Below, in pieces: positions 9,561-18,749 of a stretch of 32,000 nucleotides of DNA (its first letter is position 1; every line of letters starts with the position of its first letter). Below the pieces are notes generated by a model. That model ran no database searches. It saw nothing but the letters and a program-made list of their open reading frames with translations, and had not been told where the DNA came from. The position numbers and the translations under genes were made by a program. This DNA comes from Promethearchaeota archaeon (lineage in GTDB: Archaea > Asgardarchaeota > Lokiarchaeia > Sigyniarchaeales > SOKP01). The stretch covers positions 120,001-152,000 of the forward strand of contig JAUWGH010000002.1 in the NCBI GenBank assembly GCA_030606485.1, read 5' to 3'.

Positions 9561-10307
9561 TTAACCCAATAATATCCTTAATGGTACATATGTAGTTTCG
9601 GGAATATAAGCCTCCCCATACCTTGAATTTATTTCATTACCTCTTAATATAGCGGTATCTTCTGCCCAATCTAAAACGCGAGAGAGTACTTCTTTTTGTG
9701 ATATATAAACTTGATTAAATATTTCTTTTTTCTTTTCCCAATATTCTTCAATATCTACGATAATAAAAACTGAACTTTCAATATATTGAAATTTGCAGGA
9801 AGGACTCTCATAATAATAAACACCATTTGGCATCCAAGATCGTTCATGTCCTCCATATGCTTTGCCAGTACAACAGTGATATATTGCCTCCCGAGAAATA
9901 AAGGACAAATTTCGGTGCACTCGATGAAAATCAGTGTGATGAGGTATTAGGATTAAATGAGGCTTATAATCTCGAATCAAATTTGTAATATGAGATATTT
10001 TCGAACGATTTATTTCTAAAGAAGTATATTCTAACTCTATAAATTCACATCTTAAAATTTCTGATAATTTTTTCAATTCATTTTCTCTTTCAGTTGAGAT
10101 GGTATCTTCTTGTTCTTTCTTAGCATAACCTCCTAATCCAGAAGTAGCAACAACAACACAAATTTCAGAGCCCATTTCCAAGTATTTTAGGAGTGTTCCT
10201 CCGCAACTTACTATCTCATCATCCGGATGTCCGGCAAAAACCATAATTCGCTTAGGAACAACAATTGGAACTTCATCTTCACAGATAATAAAACGCTTTT
10301 CTGGCAT
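9561..10307 (-). CDS. PIG-L/LmbE family (BshB1-like) deacetylase
   Basis: AGHPDDEIVSCGGTL motif, TSGLGG, RENELKK, PHHTDFHRVH, C-terminal YGEAY. Confidence 0.85.
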   Translation of the reverse strand: MPEKRFIICEDEVPIVVPKRIMVFAGHPDDEIVSCGGTLLKYLEMGSEICVVVATSGLGGYAKKEQEDTISTERENELKKLSEILRCEFIELEYTSLEINRSKISHITNLIRDYKPHLILIPHHTDFHRVHRNLSFISREAIYHCCTGKAYGGHERSWMPNGVYYYESPSCKFQYIESSVFIIVDIEEYWEKKKEIFNQVYISQKEVLSRVLDWAEDTAILRGNEINSRYGEAYIPETTYVPLRILLG

Positions 10308-10483
10308 ATAATATAATTTTCTTGACGTAATATTAAAAATTTATTAAAAGAAACACTCTCAGATTAATAAAATAATAGTTAAAAACTTAATTGGAAGAAA
10401 ATTTTTGAATTGCAACAACTTCTTAAATTCAAGTTAAAGTATCTATTATAAGATTATCTCATTATAAAATTAAATAATAAGTA

Positions 10484-11164
10484 TTAATCTCCGCGCATAA
10501 TCTTTTTTAAACGATTTAATTCATCTAACATTTCATCTCTTAAAGTACTTAAACTTCCACCCGCTTGAGATGCTACAGCTGGAGCAGGTGTAGCTGGGGT
10601 TATTCCAAGAGATGGTGCTGCAGGGGGTCCGGCACGTTTTACAAATGAGGGGGCTGAAACTACTGCACCAGACTTAGCAGGTGGTCCTGCTTTTCCTGGA
10701 GCTGGCGGTAATTTTGGTGGGGGAGGTAAATTTTTTGAAGGCGGTCCTGATTTAGCAGGTGGTCCAGCTTTTGTAGGCGGTCCAGCTTTTGTAGGTGGTC
10801 CAGCTTTTCTAGGTGGGCCTGGTCTTTTTGGCGGTCCTGATATAAGTGCAGATGGTGTTGCTGCAGCTGCTGTAGCGGAAGGAGTTTTTGCGCCACCTCC
10901 ACCCAATAAAGCGAATAAAGTAGTTGCGGCTTGAGTTTTTGCAATACCACCAGTTTCTATTTCCGGAGTTAGTTTTACTGAAGAAGAACTAACTGTTTTT
11001 CCTTTAACAACTTTTACTCCTTTAATATCATTCTCTGCTTTTTTCAAGGATTTACCAAAGTCATTTATTTGATCAACTGTATCTTGTAAAACTTCAGATA
11101 AATCACCTAAACTTTTTCGTAGATACTTGATAACCCGTGTAATTGTTTTCTCATCAGAAGGCAA
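10484..11164 (-). CDS. Proline-rich protein: N-terminal amphipathic helix/coiled coil, xGPPxK repeats, C-terminal WH2-like helix-LKKI
   Basis: TTG start with an upstream SD-like GAGTGA; architecture read directly from the translation. Function is inferred only. Confidence 0.75.
   Translation of the reverse strand: MPSDEKTITRVIKYLRKSLGDLSEVLQDTVDQINDFGKSLKKAENDIKGVKVVKGKTVSSSSVKLTPEIETGGIAKTQAATTLFALLGGGGAKTPSATAAAATPSALISGPPKRPGPPRKAGPPTKAGPPTKAGPPAKSGPPSKNLPPPPKLPPAPGKAGPPAKSGAVVSAPSFVKRAGPPAAPSLGITPATPAPAVASQAGGSLSTLRDEMLDELNRLKKIMRGD
10733..10840 (-). repeat. Six tandem imperfect 18-bp repeats encoding SGPPKR-PGPPRK-AGPPTK-AGPPTK-AGPPAK-SGPPSK
   Basis: Plus strand shows repeated ggtccagcttttgtagg units; 108 bp = 6 x 18. 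Confidence 0.9.
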
Positions 11165-11434
11165 AAATAATCACTCAAATTATAAAATAATAATCATTTA
11201 ATTTAATATTATATATGAAATGAAATTTTTTAAATTTATATGCTATTTATATTTTTTCGGCTTAAAAAATTAATTAAATGTATAAAATATCACAATATTA
11301 TAAGAATCTCTTTTTAAAAACTTATAAGGTTTTATTTAAACTAATTATCTGATTTTTAATTTTAATTTAATTAAATTATTTAAATTACGAAAGAATGACA
11401 CTTTAGGAAAATTAAAAAAAGAAAAATGATGGAA

Positions 11435-11710
11435 TTACGCCGATTGAAGCTGAAAGAGTATTGAAGCGTGAGGTATGAAAAATCTATCCTTAGATTTAAT
11501 TACAACTGTGTGGAAATACTCAGCTAGACCTAAAAACCCTCTTATAACAGATTCATCTTCTTCAAAGGTAAATCTTACACTCGCTATCGCTGATTTTCCA
11601 GAAAAACTAACGTCTTCATAAACCCGCTCATCAATTAATGGAATCTTGAGTTCGTTTACAATTTCATAAACACGTTTGATAAATAATTCTTTTTTAGGCA
11701 AGATTTTCAC
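11435..11710 (-). CDS. Small hypothetical protein (91 aa)
   Basis: Coding-like ORF in otherwise extremely AT-rich flanks; no family recognised. Confidence 0.65.
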   Translation of the reverse strand: MKILPKKELFIKRVYEIVNELKIPLIDERVYEDVSFSGKSAIASVRFTFEEDESVIRGFLGLAEYFHTVVIKSKDRFFIPHASILFQLQSA

Positions 11711-11941
11711 TGTAAATTTTAAATCTTAATTTTATAATTAATTTAAATTGATTATAATATAAATTATTTTATATTTATTATATTTATACGTTTTCCATTT
11801 TTAAGTTATGTCAATTAAAAAAAAATATTGAAATTAATTTAAATTTTATTTGGATTACTCAAGATCATAAAAGGAGTTAATTATTTCAAGATTCTTAAAT
11901 ATTAATTATTAAAGTGATTTTCAAAAAGACATTGGTAAATC

Positions 11942-12943
11942 TTATTCTTTTAAACCGTTTGCGACTTTTATTAAGAAATCACTAATAATCGTTGCTTGAC
12001 CCATAAAACTATGAGAATTAAGATACTTTCTTTCTGGCTTCTCTAAAAAAAGAACATTTTCTTTTGGCAAATTTAAGGCTTCTTTTATTTTTAAGGCTTC
12101 TTCAAAATCAATTTGTATGTCTTTTTTACAATGCACAAGATATACTCTATCTTTATTGGGAACGGGGTGTTTTTTATCAAAAAAATATCTTGGGGACATT
12201 TCTTTATTAATTTCTTTCAGTGGAAACTTTAAATTTTTAGTAATTTTTCTTTTTAATATTTTAAGAAAGATAGCGGTACAGGAGAATATTTTTCTTTTAT
12301 ATTTATCAAAAAGCTCTAATAAATCATAAGATGCTGCTAATCCTACAATTTTTTTAAGCCTTTTATCTTGATAGCCTTGGGATAAAGCCGCAATTGCACC
12401 CATTGAATGGCCCATCATAATTAATCGATCTTTATCAACCCCATCCATATTCTCTAAAAAATCAATTGCATTTTTAACATCAGACATGATTCCTACAAAA
12501 TCATTCGAATTAAAAGCCTTATTTTTTGATTCTCCGTGTCCTCTTGCGTCATAACATAAAACTGTACATCCATTTAAGGCTAAAGGAATAATAAAGTGAA
12601 AATTTTTCTCTTTTTGACCAGAATATCCATGATGAAATAAAATTCCAATCTGTTTTTCTTTTGGATCACTTCTTTTATCTCTAATAACTAAACCTTTGAG
12701 ATATTTACCCTGGATTTTTGAAGGAATTTCAACTTTTTGAATATTTACTAAAGAAGTAGAAATCCATTTGTGATATGGCCAACATAAATATTTGGAATAT
12801 ATTATTAGTAATGATAGAGTATTGATAATTAATACTGCCAAGAATAAAAACCCAAAAATGAAATTGATTAAAAATAAAAGGTAATTTGCATATATAGAGA
12901 CAGTTAGAATAAAAGATAATAATATTATTCGAAATTCAATCAT
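11942..12943 (-). CDS. Membrane-anchored alpha/beta hydrolase
   Basis: N-terminal TM segments, HHGYSG oxyanion motif, YDARGHGES, nucleophile GHSMG, candidate Asp (KKDIQI) and His (NSHSF). Confidence 0.88.
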   Translation of the reverse strand: MIEFRIILLSFILTVSIYANYLLFLINFIFGFLFLAVLIINTLSLLIIYSKYLCWPYHKWISTSLVNIQKVEIPSKIQGKYLKGLVIRDKRSDPKEKQIGILFHHGYSGQKEKNFHFIIPLALNGCTVLCYDARGHGESKNKAFNSNDFVGIMSDVKNAIDFLENMDGVDKDRLIMMGHSMGAIAALSQGYQDKRLKKIVGLAASYDLLELFDKYKRKIFSCTAIFLKILKRKITKNLKFPLKEINKEMSPRYFFDKKHPVPNKDRVYLVHCKKDIQIDFEEALKIKEALNLPKENVLFLEKPERKYLNSHSFMGQATIISDFLIKVANGLKE

Positions 12944-13154
12944 AATATGAAATTTTATAATAGGTGTCTCTTAAAAGTATTGATTTAAAGAGATTATTGG
13001 GAAAATTAAAAAAAATTCTAAAAAGCATTTTATAAAACTGTTTGAAACGAATTTTATTATCAAATTAATTGATGTTTATGCAAATAGAATAAAAATAGTC
13101 AATATTTAAGTACTTTTCATACCTAATATTATCTATCCTATCTTACAAGTAGAA

Positions 13155-13655
13155 TTAATCTAATTTTTCAATTAATTTGAGTTTGAATTTACAAAAAGGG
13201 CAATAAAAAATATAATACGCACTTGAACTTAACATCTCCATTTGAGAATTACAGCATTCAAGAATAAATTCCCCTTTTAAAGCCTTCATATCAAATTTGT
13301 AATAAAATTTAATTGTTTTATTGCATTTATAATCAATAAATATAAGTCTCTTACGAGAATCTTCTCCTTTTCTAGTAAATTTATGATTATTTAAACAAAT
13401 AAGATCAAATTTTAGATCTAGCCTATGTTTTTGCAATAGTAGTATTTGTTCTTTTTTCAATTTAGAAATTTTTTTTCTTTTTATCTTTTTTTTTTTTATT
13501 TCTTTTAATTTTTTTTCAAGTTTTTTACATGCCATTGGAGTATTTAAAATTTTAGATATTATTGTCACTGGAAAGCCTATTGATATTGAAATTTGTTCTA
13601 TTGTTAATCCTTGGCTTTTTAATCGAATTATATTATCTACTATTTCACTTGTCAT
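13155..13655 (-). CDS. Hypothetical protein with N-terminal HTH, Lys-rich linker and C-terminal Zn-ribbon-like Cys cluster
   Basis: IIRLKSQGLTIEQISISIGFPVTIISKIL (HTH), KKLEKKLKEIKKKKIKRKK, and CC...CPFC. Confidence 0.55.
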   Translation of the reverse strand: MTSEIVDNIIRLKSQGLTIEQISISIGFPVTIISKILNTPMACKKLEKKLKEIKKKKIKRKKISKLKKEQILLLQKHRLDLKFDLICLNNHKFTRKGEDSRKRLIFIDYKCNKTIKFYYKFDMKALKGEFILECCNSQMEMLSSSAYYIFYCPFCKFKLKLIEKLD

Positions 13656-13904
13656 TTTAGACTTCTATTAATTTTTTAAAATAGAATTTGTAATAAGGGA
13701 GTTAATATATATAAAAAAATTAAGTTGTTTCAATTGTGAATTCTAATATTATGGATCATTCTCCTAATTTGATTTTTTGAAAATAAAATTAAAAATTTAA
13801 GAGTTTTATGGTGCATTTCTATAAATAATATAATTAACCAATTTTTTTAAAATTTCAGTAATTTTTTAAATATTTAGAATTAACAAAATTAATTATTAAA
13901 AAAG

Positions 13905-14453
13905 ATGAGTAAAAGGCTTAAAATTTTAATAACTGGCCCTCCTAGATGTGGTAAAACAACTTTAGTTTCCCAAATCTCTATTGTTCTTAAAAAAATGAAT
14001 ATTAAAATTTTTGGTTTTATAACTACTGAGGTTAAAAAAGGTCAAAAACGGATAGGATTTAGAGCAATTGATATAAATTCAAAATATGAATGTTGGCTAT
14101 CTCGTAAAACAAATAAAAAAACTCAATATATGGTGGGCAGCTATAATGTATTTATAGATGAGTTTGAACAGTTTCTCGAAAAAAGTTTTGAGAACTTTTC
14201 AATTGACAATTCTAATAATCTAATAATAATAGATGAGATAGGAAAAATGGAATTATATTCCAAAAAGTTTATCTCCTTGATTTCTGAAATATTTAAATCC
14301 AATAATTCAATATTGGCAACAATAGGTCAAAAGTTAAGGCATCCAGTTAAAGAAATGTTGCTCCAAATGAAGAATATTAAAACATATAATTTAAATCGTA
14401 ATAATTTTAATGATATTAAATCTGACCTTATTCAAAACCTTTTAGAGCAATAA
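13905..14453 (+). CDS. NTPase (THEP1/NTPCR, NTPase_1 family)
   Basis: ITGPPRCGKTT, GFITTEV...RIGF, VGSYNV, IIIDEIGKMELYS. Confidence 0.92.
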   Translation: MSKRLKILITGPPRCGKTTLVSQISIVLKKMNIKIFGFITTEVKKGQKRIGFRAIDINSKYECWLSRKTNKKTQYMVGSYNVFIDEFEQFLEKSFENFSIDNSNNLIIIDEIGKMELYSKKFISLISEIFKSNNSILATIGQKLRHPVKEMLLQMKNIKTYNLNRNNFNDIKSDLIQNLLEQ

Positions 14454-14491
14454 AGAAATAGAAAAAAACAATTTTTAAAATAAAAAGAATT

Positions 14492-15223
14492 TTAAAGCAT
14501 GGAGACAGTGTTATTAGTTTCATCGAGATTGATTATACCTTTTACAGCTAGTTGTTTAATCGTCCGAACAGCCATGATCGGAGGTACATCAAGTTTTTTT
14601 TTCAAATCATCAAGCTTACAACTACCCTCTTGCATAATTGTTGCGACAATCTCTACTTCAGGGATCTCTTCGTCTGAATATTCCATTAGAAACGATACAA
14701 AGAAATTATCACTTTTAAGTTGGTTTAATTTATTATCTAGCTCTTCCAATTTTTCTTTGGAAAAAGTAGTTTTTAGTTCATTCTCCCTCTGTTCATTATC
14801 AAGTTTTATTTGATCCAACTTGGTTTTTTCAGATTCTTTTGTAGTAATTTTTTCATTCAAAGAATCTATTTTTGAAACAAGATTTTCTAATTCAAACTGT
14901 GGTTGTTTCAACTCATCAGTAGCTGTTTCAAGGTCTTTATTTAATTCAGTGATTTTTGTGGTTAATTCATCTCTTTTTGCTTTTTTTTCTATGATTTTTT
15001 TATCTAATTCTTCAGATTTGATTTTTAAACCGGTTATTTCAGAATTTTGTTTGTGAATTGTGTCTTCTAATTTTTCAATTTCTTTTTGTTCCGATTGCAT
15101 ATTTTTCCAAGTTAAACTTAAATGTTGGATAATTTCTTCATTGTTTTTCTGTAGAGATTGTTGATATGTATCAAAAGCTCCTTCAAATTGTTCAATTAAT
15201 GCCAATATTTCCTTTGAGCTCAT
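14492..15223 (-). CDS. Long coiled-coil protein with C-terminal winged helix (subunit B of a pair)
   Basis: About 170-aa E/K/L-rich heptad region, then EIVATIMQEGSCKLDDLKKKLDVPPIMAVRTIKQLAVKGIINLDETNNTV. Its ATG overlaps the upstream gene's stop (TAATG). Confidence 0.75.
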   Translation of the reverse strand: MSSKEILALIEQFEGAFDTYQQSLQKNNEEIIQHLSLTWKNMQSEQKEIEKLEDTIHKQNSEITGLKIKSEELDKKIIEKKAKRDELTTKITELNKDLETATDELKQPQFELENLVSKIDSLNEKITTKESEKTKLDQIKLDNEQRENELKTTFSKEKLEELDNKLNQLKSDNFFVSFLMEYSDEEIPEVEIVATIMQEGSCKLDDLKKKLDVPPIMAVRTIKQLAVKGIINLDETNNTVSML

Positions 15224-15999
15224 TAAAAACCAACCTCCTCTTTTAAGATAACTGTTCCAGCAGTCTCATCATATTTAATTGGTCCATTTAGCTCAACCAT
15301 TTTTCTTAGAATTTTTTTAATTTGTTCTTCTTTCATATCTACAGCTGCGCTTATCTTTTTTATTTCTAGAGTCGTGCCTTTTTGTAGGGTTTTAATAACT
15401 TGCATTTGTGAAGAGTGTATATAATTTTTGTTTATTAATAATTTCATGGCTTCCACTCTATTTCCAAAAGATTCAACAATTTTACTTTTTTTTTCAAAAT
15501 CGTTTCCAAGTTTAAGTTGAATTTCTATTAATTTAGCTTCAAATACTTCCTTTAATTTTGTTAATTCCCGAATTTTAGTTTCCAAATCTTTTAGACGCTC
15601 ACTCCGATTTTCAAATTCTTTTTTTGTTGTATTTATTTTCTCTAAAGTTTCTGTCAGTTCATTTCGTTTAGATTGAATTGTATCCAATAATTTTTGACGT
15701 ATTTTAGTTAATTCATTAATTTCCTCTTCAAAATTTGAAATATTTCGATTATTTTGAGAAATTTTGTTTTTTAATGAATTGATATTATCTGTATTGGATT
15801 CTATTGTTTTTAAATTAGAATTTTTTTCTTCTTCAAATTTTTCAATTAATTCTAAGATCCTTTTAGTGTGTTCTATTAATTTAGGCATTGAATCTTTATT
15901 CAATCCGTTAATTCCTTCAATTATTGATGAAATTTTCTTTAAAGAAGTTTTTACTTCAGTTATATAACTCATAATATAACTCATATAATCTACTTGCAA
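15223..15999 (-). CDS. Long coiled-coil protein with C-terminal winged helix (subunit A of a pair)
   Basis: Heptad region, then MQVIKTLQKGTTLEIKKISAAVDMKEEQIKKILRKMVELNGPIKYDETAGTV. True start may be one of the ATGs a few codons in. Confidence 0.75.
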   Translation of the reverse strand: MQVDYMSYIMSYITEVKTSLKKISSIIEGINGLNKDSMPKLIEHTKRILELIEKFEEEKNSNLKTIESNTDNINSLKNKISQNNRNISNFEEEINELTKIRQKLLDTIQSKRNELTETLEKINTTKKEFENRSERLKDLETKIRELTKLKEVFEAKLIEIQLKLGNDFEKKSKIVESFGNRVEAMKLLINKNYIHSSQMQVIKTLQKGTTLEIKKISAAVDMKEEQIKKILRKMVELNGPIKYDETAGTVILKEEVGF

Positions 16000-16102
16000 T
16001 ATTTAATTTTTTCTAAAAGATTTAAACTACATTAAAGCAATTTGGTAAAAATAATAAAAAAAATAGAAGGTAAAATTTTATTTATGTTTTCTTATTAAAC
16101 TT

Positions 16103-18229
16103 CTAAAATAATATTAACCCTGCTCCACCATTGAACATCATGAGTAAGCCCAGAAAAATCGATGCTGTTAGAGACATTACTACTAATAAAGTATTAATCG
16201 AAGGACCCGCTGTATCTTTAAATGGATCACCAACAGTGTCTCCGGTAATTGACGCTTTATGAATGTCTGTTCCTTTACCTCCTAAATTACCATCTTCAAT
16301 CCACTTTTTTGCATTATCCCAAGCGCCACCAGCGTTTGACATCATAATTGCAAAGACGAATCCGCTTAATATTGCCCCCACTAAGAAAGCCGCAAGTGCC
16401 GCAACACCAAACAAAATTCCGACAGTTAATGGTGTTGCAATTGATATAATACTTGGCAAAAAAAGTTCTTTTATTGAACCTTTAGTTGCAATATCAATAC
16501 ATTTATTGAAATCTGCGGCTTCTTCTCCTGTTAGAATTTTTGGATTAGATTCAAATTGCCTTCGAATTTCATCAACCATTTTAGCAGCATTCCTTTGAAC
16601 AGCTAGAATCAATAGAGCGGAGAATAATGCTGGTATAACAACCCCAATAAAAGCACCAATTAAAACATTAATTTTAAGTAAGTCTATCACTTGAATAGTT
16701 CCAGGTTGTATATTATTAGCTTCAGAAGTAAATGAAAACATTAATGCAAACACTGTCAAATTTGCGGCTCCAATTGCAAACCCCTTTGTAATTGCTTTAG
16801 CTGTATTTCCAGCAGAATCCAAACGATCAGCCGTCCGTATAACCTCATCTCCTAACCCTCCTTGTTCTGCTATAGCACGTGCATTATCTACAATAGGACC
16901 ATAAGCATCATTGGCTACAATTGTTCCTACGATTGCAAGCATTCCAACTGCAGCCATTGCTACTCCAAAAACTCCACCTAATAAATAAGCAACAGCCATT
17001 GCAATAATTATTCCTAAAGCAGCAGGTACTACACTCATGAGCCCGTAGGAGAAACCACTAAGAATAACGACAGCATGACCTTCTTTAGCAGCTTCTGCTA
17101 TTGATCTTGTTGGTTTTTTATCGTCTCTTGTGAAGTAATCACTCGTAAAACCAATTACTATTCCAGAAAAGAGTCCAATTATAGCTGCACCCCAATTTCT
17201 CCATAGCATTTCTGTTTCACTACTTGTTAATCCTATTGTCATAATTAAAGTAAATAATGCGGCCAATCCAGCAAAAATCAATGTTGATAAATAGGTACCA
17301 CTGTTTAAAGCTTTACCAGGTTCATCGGATCCTTTCAATTTTATTATATATATACCTATTAGCGATGCAATTAAACCTACACCACATAAGACCACTGGAA
17401 ATACAACATAGATAAATCGAGCTTCTGTTGATAAAGAAACATTAACAATCACAGCTAAAGATGCAGCTAACATCATTGCAGCAATAATTGAAGCAACATA
17501 GGAGTCAAAAAGGTCACTACCCATTCCTGCAATATCTCCAACGTTGTCTCCAACATTATCAGCGATTGTAGCTGGATTTCGGGGGTCGTCTTCTGGAAGA
17601 TCATATTCAGCTTTGCCCACTAAATCAGCGCCTACATCAGCCGTTTTTGTATAGATTCCTCCTCCACATTTCATAAATAATGCAACGCTACTTGCTCCAA
17701 AACTAAACCCTAAGACAATGTTAGGATCAGGAATAATCATAAACCAAATGGATAAACCGATTAAAGCAACACCTACTACTGCAAGTCCCATAACTGCTCC
17801 ACCAAAAAAAGCAATATTAAATCCTTCTTTAGTTCCTTTAGTACATCCTTGAGCTGCCCTAGTATTTGCTTTCACACCTACATACATTCCTAACCAGCCT
17901 GCGAACATTGAACCGACAGCCCCAGTTAAGTAAGCAATCATTTGTTCCCAATTTATTGCACCAGAAACAACTCTTGTATAGGTATCACTGGTTTCGAATG
18001 GAGACGGCAAAAATAATAAGGCAATTGCAAGACAAACTACAAAAATACCTAAAACTTTATATTGAACTTTTAGATAAGTTGTTGCTCCCTCCTCGATATA
18101 TCCCGCAACTTCTATCATTTTTTCATTGCCAGGATCCTCTTTAAATACCAAATATCGAAAATAGAGTGCCATCACTATAGAAATAATCCCCGCAATTAAA
18201 GCAACAAATATAGTTATTGGTACTGCCAT
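16103..18229 (-). CDS. hppA: Membrane-bound H+-translocating pyrophosphatase, K+-independent type
   Basis: GGGIYTKTADVGADLVGK, EDDPRNPATIADNVGDNVGD, DTVGDPFKDTAGPS; GNTAKA has Lys at the K+-dependence position. Confidence 0.95.
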   Translation of the reverse strand: MAVPITIFVALIAGIISIVMALYFRYLVFKEDPGNEKMIEVAGYIEEGATTYLKVQYKVLGIFVVCLAIALLFLPSPFETSDTYTRVVSGAINWEQMIAYLTGAVGSMFAGWLGMYVGVKANTRAAQGCTKGTKEGFNIAFFGGAVMGLAVVGVALIGLSIWFMIIPDPNIVLGFSFGASSVALFMKCGGGIYTKTADVGADLVGKAEYDLPEDDPRNPATIADNVGDNVGDIAGMGSDLFDSYVASIIAAMMLAASLAVIVNVSLSTEARFIYVVFPVVLCGVGLIASLIGIYIIKLKGSDEPGKALNSGTYLSTLIFAGLAALFTLIMTIGLTSSETEMLWRNWGAAIIGLFSGIVIGFTSDYFTRDDKKPTRSIAEAAKEGHAVVILSGFSYGLMSVVPAALGIIIAMAVAYLLGGVFGVAMAAVGMLAIVGTIVANDAYGPIVDNARAIAEQGGLGDEVIRTADRLDSAGNTAKAITKGFAIGAANLTVFALMFSFTSEANNIQPGTIQVIDLLKINVLIGAFIGVVIPALFSALLILAVQRNAAKMVDEIRRQFESNPKILTGEEAADFNKCIDIATKGSIKELFLPSIISIATPLTVGILFGVAALAAFLVGAILSGFVFAIMMSNAGGAWDNAKKWIEDGNLGGKGTDIHKASITGDTVGDPFKDTAGPSINTLLVVMSLTASIFLGLLMMFNGGAGLILF

Positions 18230-18367
18230 GTTTTTTCACGTTTTGATAATTTCTTATTTTTTTAATTAAATTTTATTTAAATTAATTCAGTTTAATAACA
18301 AATTAACTTTAAATCTTATCATTTAAAACAATTTAATTCGATTTCAGAGCTCATTATTCAAAATATT

Positions 18368-18571
18368 GTATTATCGTCAGATTATTATTTCCTATAAATC
18401 GAAATGGATATTCTACTATTCGTAAATTAGAAGAGAGTATTATGGTAATATTATGTTTTTTCTAAAATCGAAAAATGTATTATGTTATTCCAAAAATCGA
18501 AAGATCTTATAGTGGAATATCTAAATATTACCCTTTTCTATTTACCGAAAATTATATTACATCTTTCGATT
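18368..18571. repeat. Imperfect direct repeats ending in AAATCGAAA upstream of hppA, plus an 11-bp inverted repeat
   Basis: 18368-18404 vs 18437-18473 match at 27/37; 18449-18473 vs 18478-18502 match at 22/25; AATCGAAAGAT (18495-18505) is inverted at 18561-18571. Confidence 0.6.
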
Positions 18572-18749
18572 AATAGAAATAGATCATCTTAGCGTATTAC
18601 ATTTTGATTGAATTTTAGTGTAATATGCAGATATATATAAAAGTTCATGAAACAGTTCTTTCACGAAGAAACATATACTTCTACAGAACATCCTGGTATT
18701 ATTTGAATCAAGATCTATATTTGTTATATTGGATTCACTATTTTTCTTA

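Noticed and set aside
15961-15986. 12-bp tandem duplication (MSYI-MSYI) at the start of the coiled-coil gene
   Set aside because: Too short to interpret; it only makes the start codon ambiguous.
14492-15999. SMC/Rad50 or CdvA/ESCRT-III annotation for the coiled-coil pair
   Set aside because: No Walker motifs or hinge, too short for SMC, and no recognisable ESCRT-III core pattern.
18368-18571. CRISPR mini-array interpretation of the hppA-upstream repeats
   Set aside because: Repeats are degenerate, with irregular periods (69, 29, 48 bp), and there are no cas genes nearby.
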